From NCBI GenBank assembly GCA_964035545.1, contig OZ037765.1:26535504-26599503 (forward strand): a stretch of DNA of 64,000 nucleotides, written 5' to 3'. This document shows, one piece after another, positions 27,435 to 37,396 of this stretch. The first letter of the stretch is position 1, and every line of letters starts with the position of its first letter. The notes beneath the pieces are model-generated. The model saw nothing but the letters and a program-made list of their open reading frames with translations, was not told where the DNA came from and did not search any database. The DNA comes from Bugula neritina. Its lineage: Eukaryota; Animalia; Bryozoa. A program made the translations under genes and the position numbers.

Positions 27435-28313
27435 TTGTCTGTTAAAGAAAAAATGGGTATCTAATTGCTATAAATTTAAAGGTAGCGTTATAAATGTAAA
27501 GCAAAATTGTTAAAACTCATTCACACTTCCTAAAATTTATGTTTATAAATTATAACTTTAATTAATAAAGAATTAATATTACTATTTGCCTATCAAATTT
27601 ATAGATTGCCAATACTAATTACTAACATACTGATGCTGTGATACTCAAGCATATAATATATTAATATAGGTATCCTATTAAAATGAGACTATAACTAGCT
27701 AAAAAGAAAATGTTGAAAACTTGCATTGCCTTTGAATTTAAATCTCTAGAACTACACATTGATATGGTACACTAAAACTTAGTTCTATTCAGATGGTTAT
27801 AAACTTATGTAAATATTTCATTGTCATTGTGTGTACTTTTGGATATAATATTAAGTAATGCTAATACTAATACTAATTCTAATAATAGTAATAGTAATAG
27901 TAATACTAATAGACAATATCAATATGAATACGACAGAATATGAATAGAAATAGTAATAGCACTAGTTCCTTAAAGCTTATGATGATAATATTATTATTAA
28001 TATTGATAACTATATTCATACCTCATAATCATAGTGATAGTCATACGCAATACCAAATTTAATATCAATTACAATATGAATATGAATATAATTTAAATTA
28101 TAAATTAAAATAAAACTTACGTTTGTCCTTCGACTTGTACAGTACTTAGTGATAGTTATAGACTTAGAGTTAGACATTATAATTATCATTTTGATCAATA
28201 TTATCATTATGATTATTCTTATAATTATAATAAACATAATTATACTAATAGTAATAGTATTTGCAGTGAGATATTTTGCCCTTTTGTTCAGGGGACCAAC
28301 CATTGCACTCATT

Positions 28314-29091
28314 CACGGGCTTTCCATGTACCGATCTCAGATCGACCTCGCTGAGATCGATCTGAGAAATGTGCTCAGATCGATCGTTTTTCCATGAGAG
28401 TGTCAGATCGATCTCGCGAAGTTGCCTCCTCTTAAGTGAAGGATACTTTAAAAGTATAATTTGTTCACCTTTTTGAGTGAATAAAGCTACTACTGTTGAA
28501 AACAAGATGGCCGTAGTCTAAAATTTAATCCCAGCTATAAACTATACGCAGCAAAGCTTTCAGTGTATGGTAATTTGGCCAATTTAAAATAATTAATTTT
28601 ATTTATTTAGCTTGAAAGCTTATATAAAATTAATGGCTGTCTTGCAGATTATTAATAAACTTACAGGACTGTTAAGCTTAAAATTACAAAGAAAATAGCT
28701 AATGAAACTAAGTTTTAATAGTCATTTAAATTCAATTTAAATTCTCCCATTTTTTTTACCTTCTACTGCATATAATTGAGTTTTCTTAATCAGTGTACTG
28801 AAAGTCAGAGTTTTGCCACCTGAAAAGGTAGCTATCCTAATTATTAAGTACTTTGCTTAGTAATTAACAATAAGTTATCATTTTTATTAGCAGACAACAT
28901 TTTAGCGAGCAGTCATTTTTCCACTTCTCAGATCGATCTTTCGTCTTTCCATGGTCTTATTGCTTTGAGATCGATCTGAGTTCGAGCTCTACAGACCGAC
29001 CAGCTCAGAACGACTGAGATCGAGCTTTGACGTCTTTCCATGGATCGATCTCGCCAAGATCGATCTGAGATCGGTACATGGAAAGCCGGTG
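28314..29091 (+). mobile_element. Non-autonomous DNA transposon (MITE), CAC...GTG termini, 3-bp TSD, CACTA/EnSpm-like; copy 1
   Basis: TIRs CACGGGCTTTCCATGTACCGATCTCAGATCGA / TCGATCTGAGATCGGTACATGGAAAGCCGGTG; TSD ATT on both sides; many subterminal AGATCGATCT palindromes; no coding capacity. Confidence 0.85.
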
Positions 29092-29464
29092 ATTATTGAC
29101 GACCAACTTGCGCTGTTTCAAGCGATTTCCTTTGATGGACGTTGAGAGCAAAGGGTTAAAGGTTATACATATTTCGCGCTGATTGAGAGATGTTTGTTGC
29201 AGCACAAATTTTGTAGTCACCAAGGTTGAGAGGCAAGACAGGACAGGACGGTTTCAAGTTTGGGATTAGAAAGTTTGAACCTCGTGATCGTCAAACTTTG
29301 TTTTGCATCTAGCGACCAATGAACTCAATAATCACTGGCTTTCCATGTACCGATCTCAGAGCGATCTTAGCGAGATCGATCTATGGAAAGACGCCAGATC
29401 GATCTGAGAAGTAGGAAAAGACTGCGCGCTACAATGTTGTCTGCTACTAAAAATGATAACTTAT

Positions 29465-30180
29465 TGTAATAATTTTATGCGTAGAATGTTATGATTCGCT
29501 GCATGCAATTATTGGTGTGGGTTGTTAGCTGATTGAACACAGTGACTCTTTGTAGGAGGGTATTTATGCACAATAAATAAGAAATGTAATACTCACAATC
29601 CCCTTTATTTACTCCATAATATATATAAATCCAAAAATAGCAGTTAGGGAGGACAACTCCTTACATGTATGGAAAACTTACTAGTAAACTGGTAAACAAA
29701 GTATAAGATAGTTAACTAAGTGTGTTATTGTCCTGGCTTGGTAGCTCCGAGATGTGTCCTGTTGTGCTGCTGGCTGAAGACTGACTCTACTGTGTTGAGG
29801 GCCTCCTTTTATACGTTGGGAAACATTTCCACTAGAATGTTCCAAGCGAATTCGAGGGAATTCGCTCGAATCGCAGGGATTCGCAGGGCTAGAATAAAGG
29901 AATCGCTCGAATCGAGCGAACTTCGCAGGGAAATCCCGGTTATCTTGATTATATAAGTGTTCCTGTGAGCCGTTAGAAACAATAGCTAATCCAGTCACGT
30001 CAGTAGTAATAAGTAGCTGGGAATAATAGCTAATCCTATCATTGCCAACATAACACTTAGCTGTTACAATACTATGGCTATGTAATGATGTATATCTAAG
30101 AAAACACGCATTCCATGGGAATGAAGATAATAATAGTAAGGGGAATACAAGCATTAGTTACTATACACAATTTTACCACA
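29465..30180 (-). repeat. 3' LTR
   Basis: Direct repeat of 37397-38112; only two substitutions noticed; adjacent to the PPT. Confidence 0.95.
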
Positions 30181-30194
30181 CACTCCCCTCCATC
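30181..30194 (-). other. Polypurine tract
   Basis: Minus strand GATGGAGGGGAGTG immediately before the 3' LTR. Confidence 0.8.
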
Positions 30195-30393
30195 AGAAAG
30201 TACAACCCCTTTCTGATATAATTAAAAAAATATAATAATAAAAAAAGGAAGAAAATAAAAGAAAATACATGTAAGGGAGTTCTGGAATGGCTAATCTAGT
30301 CACACAAACAAAAATATATAAGATAGAAAATGTTAAGGGATAATGAATTAATACACACAAGAATATATATTTACATAAGGAGAAGTGCCACCA

Positions 30394-31671
30394 TTAGGGT
30401 CGAGCGGGCTGCTCCAGGTCCTGCAGTCTGTGTCGTATGCGTCCTAGTTCTTCAGAGATTCTGTCCAGGCCACGATATACATCCTCCAGACTCTCCGGGG
30501 GCCCACGGTGTGTGTGCCTAGTAGTATAGGGAGTGGTACTACGCGGCCTCGGTGCGCCCTGTCTACGCCGTTCTCTTCTAGTTCGGGCCGTTTCTCGTGG
30601 CGTCCAGCGGTCTCCTTCTGCAGTAGCTTCGGCTCGAGTTACCACTACCCGGAGAGGCTGGGTGGGTGGCAACTCACAACTTGGGGGGTCTTCTGGCGGT
30701 TGAGTCTGACTAGTGGGTCGACAGGCCGGGAACCCTTGGGACAACAGCTCCCTCTTCTTGGGATCGCTGATGTGGGGGAGAATCAGGTCCCTGAATTCTA
30801 GGTAATTGTCCGCATCTACATCAAAAATTCTGCCCGTGTGGCAGCGGCCAATACGTTGGTGCTTGAGCACGTAGTCACGCTGGAAGCTAAACTCCCCACA
30901 CGGACAGAATGAGTTGACGTAATGTTGTTGGACGTGTATCCGTAGTCGCCTGTGTGAGGTAAAGCTCCGCCCACAGGTGGGGCACTTGGTGTTGCTAGGC
31001 TCCCCGCAGGCCTCAGCTATCAGGATCCGCGTCTTGGTGCTGGTCCAGTGAGACCGGGTGCTGAAAACGCGTGGTAATCCTAGCTCTCCAGCTCCTCCTA
31101 GTCCTTGAGGGGGGTCTGTAGTCTCAGATGAGGACAGGATAGACTGTTCCTCCCCTTCATCTAGTCCAATATCGACGACAGTGGCAGGGGTCTCTGTATC
31201 TCCCTCCATTACTTGCTCCTGGGGTGTCGCGATTTCGGAGGATCTTCCGAATGAGGTGAGAGTCGTAGAGGCAGGCTCTACGATTTTGTCGGTGTCTACA
31301 ACAGAAATAGAGAGTTGAGCTGGTCGAATCTGACCGATATCTCCAACTCGTGATGGCTGACTCACTCTATTATTAGTGATATCCTTATATGGCACTCGTC
31401 GCGATACTGCGAGCTGCCGAGGTGGGGGTAGAGTGACACTCTGGATGTCCTGGTCGAGTAGGTAATCTCTGTTGGGTGACTCTGACCTTCCAGAGTTCCA
31501 AGTGTGAGTTCTCCACATCTCGAACTTACTCTGGGAATCAGAGTTCGAGTTCCTACGGTCATCACCACCTAGACAATTCTCCGGTATAGGAGGTAATTCT
31601 AGTCTAGTGGACTTACCAGGGTGTGCGCCGGACTCTTCTTCAACATTCAGGTGAGTGGGTGTAATATCCAT
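30394..31671 (-). CDS. Gypsy ORF3: disordered N-terminus, tandem C2H2-type zinc fingers, basic patch and C-terminal coiled coil (not Env)
   Basis: Frame open from 31896; ATG in good context at 31671 (acaaatATGg), 20 nt after the pol stop, gives 425 aa. CPTCGRSFTSHRRLRIHVQQH and CPCGEFSFQRDYVLKHQRIGRCH; RTRRERRRQ; LEDVYRGLDRISEELGRIRHRLQDLE. No signal peptide or TM segment. Confidence 0.8.
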   Translation of the reverse strand: MDITPTHLNVEEESGAHPGKSTRLELPPIPENCLGGDDRRNSNSDSQSKFEMWRTHTWNSGRSESPNRDYLLDQDIQSVTLPPPRQLAVSRRVPYKDITNNRVSQPSRVGDIGQIRPAQLSISVVDTDKIVEPASTTLTSFGRSSEIATPQEQVMEGDTETPATVVDIGLDEGEEQSILSSSETTDPPQGLGGAGELGLPRVFSTRSHWTSTKTRILIAEACGEPSNTKCPTCGRSFTSHRRLRIHVQQHYVNSFCPCGEFSFQRDYVLKHQRIGRCHTGRIFDVDADNYLEFRDLILPHISDPKKRELLSQGFPACRPTSQTQPPEDPPSCELPPTQPLRVVVTRAEATAEGDRWTPRETARTRRERRRQGAPRPRSTTPYTTRHTHRGPPESLEDVYRGLDRISEELGRIRHRLQDLEQPARP

Positions 31672-31691
31672 ATTTGTTAGATGGCGAGAGA

Positions 31692-34600
31692 TTAAATTCC
31701 GTGTGGCGTGTGTGCTTGCTGCGATTGGAATGAACGAAGTATGCGTTCGTGGTTTATCGCAAGAGTCCCTCGCCTGGGTTTTTCCAACTTCGGGATCGGG
31801 TTTTTGTCCGATCTGGGTGAGGAACATCGAAGTGATCCCCTGCCGATATCGAGCCTCCCTGGTGGTGTGGTTAGGTGGTGAATAGTTGTAATACAAGGGG
31901 GCCCTTCATCCTCCGAGCTAAGGTATCCTTTCCCTATCTGGCCACAGTAATATTCCCCTAAGTACCCAGGAGGTCTTCGAGTCCTCCGGCTACGCCTTAG
32001 GCCTTCTGTGTCTGGCAAAGTGGCCTGTCCCCCAGGGTTGGTGGCTCTACTCTCTCCTACTTCCAGGGTAGGTGGGTCTAACCTCTCTGGTATGGCGGGG
32101 GGTGGTCTTACTGGTGGGGGCGCCTGAGGTGCTGGTTGCTCGGGGGGCTCTTGCACAGTGGGGGGTGGTTCTTGTGCTTCGGGGTTTCTCTCCGGTATGT
32201 TATAGGGAAGTTCCCACTCTCGGGTGGGGGGCGCCCTTCCTCCCCCGGTGGGTCGTCGTGCTGGCTCCAGGAGTGGTGGTGCTTGTCCTACTGCCCCAGG
32301 GCTGGCCCAGTACGGTTTTAAGCGTTTCTCGCTTTGGACGGAAATCTGTCCGGAGCGTTCTACGCGGTACGTGTGATTGGGTAGCACTTCGATGATGCAG
32401 TATGGTCCCACGAACTTGGGCTGTAATTTAGCCGACTGTCCGCGCTTCCTCCTGTAACTAATCATCCATACCCAATCGCCAGCCTGGTAGAGTGGGGGCT
32501 CGTCCGAGTCTTCCCCTCGCACTTGCCATTGTTTTTCCCTTAAGACCTCATGGGCTGTCCGCATCCTATCAACCAGCTCTCTCACGTATTCGTGAACAGG
32601 TCCCTCTGGGAGGGGGACGTGGTACGTGAGATGATCCGGGACCCGCGTTTCCCGGCCTAGCATTAGGAAATTGGGTGTCTCCTGGGTGCTAGAGTGGGGA
32701 GTACTGCGATATGCACGCATGATCTGGGGTAGCACGGCGTCCCATTCTTCTTGGCTTTTCCCTAGTAGTAGACTTCTCAGGGCGTCCCCCAACATCCTGT
32801 TGTTGCGTTCCACTACGCCATTTCCTTGGGGGTGGTAGGGGGTGGTCCTACTTTGGTTGACCCCCCATACCCGACAGAGGTCCCTCATCAGCTGTGATTG
32901 GAACTGTGCCCCTTGATCTGTGTGGATCTGCTCCGGTAGCCCGAAATAGCAGAAAACGTGCTGATCTAAAGCTCGGGCTACCGTCGGGGCGGAGGCGTCC
33001 GGGATTGCCAAGGCATCTGCCCACCTAGTAAAATGATCCGTTAGTACCAGAATCCAGTTGTTTCCACGAGCGGACGTCGGCATGGGACCCACCAAGTCGA
33101 CTGCCACTGTCTGCCACGGGCGACCGGCGTACAGCCTGCGCCGTCCCGTGGTCTCGGTAGAACGGCCATGCTTACTCGCCTGGCAGATTTCACATTGCCG
33201 GATCTGTAGCCTCACATCCCTTGTCATCCCAGGCCAGTACCACCGCATCTGTAGGCACCGAATCACTCTACTGGTCCCCGCATGGGCTTGCTTGTGAGTC
33301 TCCCAGATGAGCTCTCTCCGGAGGGGGTGTGGGCACACAACCCGCTCCCGTTCCTGGTGTTGCCTGTCTGCTGCCAAGGAGATGGTTAGCAATCCGTCTG
33401 AGTTGAATTTGAGGGAGTCCCAGCGGTGGCAGAACTGTTGGAATTCAACGCCCTTCTGCCGCTGCTCCTCCTCACCTGGCCGGCGCCCCTCCTTCTTGGC
33501 CCTGAATATCTCTCCCACTACCCCCGGCAGGGTTTCCTGTAATCGGCACAAGTCCTGGACATTTCTGGCTAAGGTGGGGTTGACCCGAAGGGCCTGGACA
33601 GCATCTGAATGGACATCGGATTGCAGTCGGCCTTGTTCCCACCTGTAGGCTTCTGTTTCCTTCAGTTGTGTCTCGACTTCCGAGCGGGCGGGTCCCCCGT
33701 CCCGCTTCTCTATATGGAGGCATTGCTTGCAGTCTCTCTCTGGACGACGGCTCAGACCATCAGCATTTCCATGCTTCCGGCCGGCGCGATGTTCAATCCG
33801 ATATGAGAATTCTGCAAGTATTTCGAGCCACCTGGCAACCTGGCTGGAGGGTTCGGCCCGTTTGCACAGCCATATCAGTGATGCATGGTCAGTTCGTAAT
33901 CTGAACGTTCTACCATATAGATATGGCCGGAAATGCTTCACCGCCTTAACTACTGCTAGGAGTTCCTTCCTGGTCGTGCAGTAGTTTCTTTCGGCGGAGG
34001 AGAGGGCCTTGCTGTAGTACGCCACCACTACCTCGGTACCTCCTTGTACCTGGGACAACACAGCCCCCATACTGTGGTCGCTAGCGTCTGTATCCAAGAT
34101 ATACTGTTTGGTCGGGTCGGGGTAAGCCAGGATGGGTGCCTCCACTAGCCGGGCCTTGAGATGATCAAAAGCCTGTTGTTCTTCCTGAGTCCAACGCCAC
34201 CGGACTCCTTTGGCGGTTAGCCGATTTAATGGCTGTGCCATACCTGCGAATTCAGGGATATACTGCCGGTAATATCCCACCAGTCCTAGGAACGCTCTTA
34301 GTTCATGGATATCTTGGGGAACAGTCCAGTCTTGTACGGCCCGTACTTTCTCGGGGTCGGTGGCAACGCCGTCCCGGCTGACCACATGTCCGAGATATTT
34401 GACTTCCTGCTGCAGGAGAGCACATTTCGAGGGTTTAAGCTTTAGCCCGGCGGCCCGGAGACGGTCAAAGACCTCGCGCAGACGACTGACATGAGTCGAA
34501 AAGTCTGGCGAGATAACAATGACGTCGTCCAGATAGACTAGCAGCGTCTTCCAGTGTAACCCACTGAGGACCTGCTCCATGAGCCGCTGAAAGGTGGCCG

Positions 34601-36251
34601 GGGCGGATGTCAGCCCGAATGGCAACACCTTCCATCTCCAGAGGCCATCGCGGGTGATGAACGCGGCCTTGTCCTGTGCATCAGGACTGAGGGGTACTTG
34701 CCAGTATCCACTCAGTAGGTCCAGCGTGCTGAAGTATCTACTTCCCGCGAGGGCATCTAGCGACTCGTCTATCCGGGGGAGAGGGTAGGCATCCTGGATG
34801 GTGACGCTGTTCAACTTGCGGTAATCAACGCAGAATCTCCAGCTCCCATCCTTCTTTTTGACCAGAACGACTGGTGAGCTCCACGCACCGTGGGCTGGCT
34901 CAATCAGGTCCCGATCAAGCAAGTCCTGGACTTGCCGGCTAACCTCCCTCTCCTTTTCCGGGCCCAGCCGTCGAGTGGGTTGTCGTATGGGGGCAGTCCC
35001 TGTTACTAGGGGTATCTCGTGCCGCACTACGTTAGTCAACCCCATGTCCTCGTCTCCTTGGCTGAATACATCGTGGTACTCTCGAAGTAACTGGGCCATC
35101 CGTTGGCGCTCCACGTTACTTCCACAACCACCACAGGCTCCCTTGTATAGTTCCGCCACATGCTCTGGGACTGGTCCCATGCCAGACTCAAGGGGGCGAC
35201 TCGGTGTCTCCGACGTCGCATCGAGTGTGGGCCCAACATCAGTCTCCTGAACCGAGTGATACCTGCCCACCAGTGAACCAGCCGATAACTTCACCGGCTC
35301 CGCGTAGGGGTTGATGCACTGCACCAGGAACTCTCCACGGCAGTCTAGCCGATTCAGGCTGTTTGCCAATTGTACCTTTCCGTGCATGCCCTCCACAACC
35401 CCTAGCTCAGAGATCTCCTTGCAGTTGACCCTGCACAGGAGTGTAGCCTGAGAGCGCCCGGGAATTAGGCTGTCCCGGACCACCTGTACGCCTCCTACCA
35501 GAGGCCTGCCGAACTTATCCACGCAGGTCAGTTCCTTGCCATCCACCACTATTGCTGACTTGTTGAAGTCCATGTGGCATTGGTGCTCCTCAAGGAAGGG
35601 CATGCCAAGAATAGCATCCTCCTTCAGGTGACTCACTATGAAGGTCTCGTGGATTACGAGATCCCGAACTCTTCCGGGTAGTGAGATGAGGCCGTAAAAT
35701 GGTATGCTCGATCCGTCCGCCAACGTACCGTGCTCACCATTATACGGCTTGAGGCTTTCCCGCTCCCGAGCGCCAAGAGTGTCGAAGAGACGCCTACTCA
35801 GAAGGTTTGTGGTGCACCCAGTGTCCAACAGGAAGGTGGCAGCTTTGCCCGCAATCTTGCCGGGCAGGAAATAGCTGCTTCTGTATGGTTGGGTGTGCTT
35901 CGAGTAGTCTGTCTCTGGGGGAGACACTTCCTGGGTCTGGACGGTAGGCCTCTTACACGTCCTAGGGACCACGGGGGTTTTCTGAGGTTTGGAGGGCAGT
36001 CGGGGGAAATCCCGGTCGGAATCAGTATCCTCCTCCACAACCTCCTCGGGTAACCCCGCGAACCGGTTGTTGAGTGGCCAAGCTGGAGGTTCGGGCAGGC
36101 CTTTCGGCCTCCAAGTTCTCCGGGGAGCTTGCCATTCGGATGAGGGGGGTTTCGTCTGCGCCTCCCTGGGTGCAGAGTAAACCCTCCTCGGGTGAGTCTG
36201 GAGACTCGGCCTGCGGGTGGCGGAGATTACCGCAGGCCTTGGGTGTTTAAC
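31692..36251 (-). CDS. pol: Gypsy Pol (protease, RT, RNase H, integrase), likely expressed by -1 frameshift from gag
   Basis: LLDTGC protease, YLDD RT, DTDASD RNase H, HHCC and D-D-E integrase, GPY module. Overlaps the gag end in the -1 frame, with candidate slip site GTTAAAC at 36245-36251. Confidence 0.95.
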   Translation of the reverse strand, partial: VKHPRPAVISATRRPSLQTHPRRVYSAPREAQTKPPSSEWQAPRRTWRPKGLPEPPAWPLNNRFAGLPEEVVEEDTDSDRDFPRLPSKPQKTPVVPRTCKRPTVQTQEVSPPETDYSKHTQPYRSSYFLPGKIAGKAATFLLDTGCTTNLLSRRLFDTLGARERESLKPYNGEHGTLADGSSIPFYGLISLPGRVRDLVIHETFIVSHLKEDAILGMPFLEEHQCHMDFNKSAIVVDGKELTCVDKFGRPLVGGVQVVRDSLIPGRSQATLLCRVNCKEISELGVVEGMHGKVQLANSLNRLDCRGEFLVQCINPYAEPVKLSAGSLVGRYHSVQETDVGPTLDATSETPSRPLESGMGPVPEHVAELYKGACGGCGSNVERQRMAQLLREYHDVFSQGDEDMGLTNVVRHEIPLVTGTAPIRQPTRRLGPEKEREVSRQVQDLLDRDLIEPAHGAWSSPVVLVKKKDGSWRFCVDYRKLNSVTIQDAYPLPRIDESLDALAGSRYFSTLDLLSGYWQVPLSPDAQDKAAFITRDGLWRWKVLPFGLTSAPATFQRLMEQVLSGLHWKTLLVYLDDVIVISPDFSTHVSRLREVFDRLRAAGLKLKPSKCALLQQEVKYLGHVVSRDGVATDPEKVRAVQDWTVPQDIHELRAFLGLVGYYRQYIPEFAGMAQPLNRLTAKGVRWRWTQEEQQAFDHLKARLVEAPILAYPDPTKQYILDTDASDHSMGAVLSQVQGGTEVVVAYYSKALSSAERNYCTTRKELLAVVKAVKHFRPYLYGRTFRLRTDHASLIWLCKRAEPSSQVARWLEILAEFSYRIEHRAGRKHGNADGLSRRPERDCKQCLHIEKRDGGPARSEVETQLKETEAYRWEQGRLQSDVHSDAVQALRVNPTLARNVQDLCRLQETLPGVVGEIFRAKKEGRRPGEEEQRQKGVEFQQFCHRWDSLKFNSDGLLTISLAADRQHQERERVVCPHPLRRELIWETHKQAHAGTSRVIRCLQMRWYWPGMTRDVRLQIRQCEICQASKHGRSTETTGRRRLYAGRPWQTVAVDLVGPMPTSARGNNWILVLTDHFTRWADALAIPDASAPTVARALDQHVFCYFGLPEQIHTDQGAQFQSQLMRDLCRVWGVNQSRTTPYHPQGNGVVERNNRMLGDALRSLLLGKSQEEWDAVLPQIMRAYRSTPHSSTQETPNFLMLGRETRVPDHLTYHVPLPEGPVHEYVRELVDRMRTAHEVLREKQWQVRGEDSDEPPLYQAGDWVWMISYRRKRGQSAKLQPKFVGPYCIIEVLPNHTYRVERSGQISVQSEKRLKPYWASPGAVGQAPPLLEPARRPTGGGRAPPTREWELPYNIPERNPEAQEPPPTVQEPPEQPAPQAPPPVRPPPAIPERLDPPTLEVGESRATNPGGQATLPDTEGLRRSRRTRRPPGYLGEYYCGQIGKGYLSSEDEGPPCITTIHHLTTPPGRLDIGRGSLRCSSPRSDKNPIPKLEKPRRGTLAINHERILRSFQSQQAHTPHGI

Positions 36252-37327
36252 GGACCGCTGCGTCCTCGGGGACAGTCTCGTTGCACATGACCTGTTGTCC
36301 CACACTTCCAACACGTGAGAGAAGACCCTTCGGGGCGACTACTACGTGGCTGATTCGGCCGGTTAGTAGTTTGGGCCCGTCTCAGGGCCTTAACTTCGGC
36401 CTGTAGATCTCGCACCACCTCCAGTACCATGGAGACTTCGGCTGAGGTCGATGGGGTAGGTGCAGTAGCTGCTACCCTAGGCTCTAACTGAGCGTCCTTG
36501 TTGGGCTGACTACCGTATGACCGATCCGGTCTGTCGGTAGTTTGGGCCCGTCGCAATGTTGCGATCTCTTCTTGCAGTTTGTCCACCACCTCCAATACCA
36601 TGGAGAGTTCGGGTGGGGTTGGGGGTGTAGTGGCGGCGGCCGCTACTTGAGGCCTCGGCCGAATGTCTTCGGCAGCCTCTCCCCAGTCTGACTCGACTCG
36701 TCGGGCACTGCTGTCACAGTCCTGACTCCCGCCGATCTGGTAGTACGCCTTTCCTCTGGTCAGAGCAGCCTCAATGGTGTCGACCCCAGCTGCCAAGAGA
36801 TACCGTTGCAGGCTCAGGTTATTGAGCGATTGCAGGAAGATATCAAAGGTGATGGCCTGGCGTGACTCCAGGTCTACGTTACCGTAGGCTACCTGGACTA
36901 GCTGCTCCACTTTGTTGGCGTGATCCTGTAGTGAGACCTTAGGGTCTCGTCGGAGTCCTTGTAGGCGGGCTCTCGCGTCCCGGACGGTAAGTCCGAAGCG
37001 GCCGCGCAGAGCCTCAATGATGTGGTCCCTATTCGGGCCTACCGCATAGGGTTTGGCTCGACCTGTCAGGCAGGACCGTAGTTGCAGTAATTCCACCTGG
37101 GCCGGCCACTGGGAGGCCACGGCCACCTCGCGGAATTCCTGTAGAAATTGTTCTACATTTCCTTCACCGTCGAAGACTGGCGCTTTAAGGCGGAACCTGT
37201 CACCAGGTGGAGCCTGTACAGCTGCCCTGTCTTCCCAGAGAGTCCGAATCAATGTCTCTAGGGTGAAGCGTCCTCCTGCTGGTTCATCATCAGGCCCGAG
37301 CTCTGGCGCTGGCCTCAATGGATCCAT
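36227..37327 (-). CDS. gag: Gypsy Gag with CCHC zinc knuckle
   Basis: 366-aa ORF; capsid-like PVFDGEGNVEQFL region; CWKCGTTGHVQRDC knuckle. Confidence 0.93.
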   Translation of the reverse strand: MDPLRPAPELGPDDEPAGGRFTLETLIRTLWEDRAAVQAPPGDRFRLKAPVFDGEGNVEQFLQEFREVAVASQWPAQVELLQLRSCLTGRAKPYAVGPNRDHIIEALRGRFGLTVRDARARLQGLRRDPKVSLQDHANKVEQLVQVAYGNVDLESRQAITFDIFLQSLNNLSLQRYLLAAGVDTIEAALTRGKAYYQIGGSQDCDSSARRVESDWGEAAEDIRPRPQVAAAATTPPTPPELSMVLEVVDKLQEEIATLRRAQTTDRPDRSYGSQPNKDAQLEPRVAATAPTPSTSAEVSMVLEVVRDLQAEVKALRRAQTTNRPNQPRSSRPEGSSLTCWKCGTTGHVQRDCPRGRSGPLNTQGLR

Positions 37328-37377
37328 TGTTGTCTCTCCCCGTAGGGGAGCATCAGCTTAGTCTGTACCAGACGAAT

Positions 37378-37395
37378 ATCCCACCGCTGCCACCA
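37378..37395 (-). other. Primer binding site complementary to tRNA-Leu
   Basis: Minus strand TGGTGGCAGCGGTGGGAT, 1 nt after the 5' LTR; complementary to the 3' end of tRNA-Leu (ATCCCACCGCTGCCACCA). Confidence 0.9.
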
Positions 37396-37396
37396 G

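Noticed and set aside
28016-28397. Ile-rich ORFs on both strands that look like membrane proteins
   Set aside because: Translation artefacts of the ATT/AAT simple-sequence tract and the MITE end.
29681-30154. 157-aa ORF repeated in both LTRs
   Set aside because: It spans U3 promoter elements and is frameshifted in the solo LTR; no protein-like features.
30394-31896. ORF3 as an envelope gene
   Set aside because: No signal peptide, TM anchor or fusion-protein pattern; it has zinc fingers and a basic patch instead.
32072-37361. Numerous plus-strand ORFs within the Gypsy element
   Set aside because: Antisense shadows expected in GC-rich coding sequence; no motifs.
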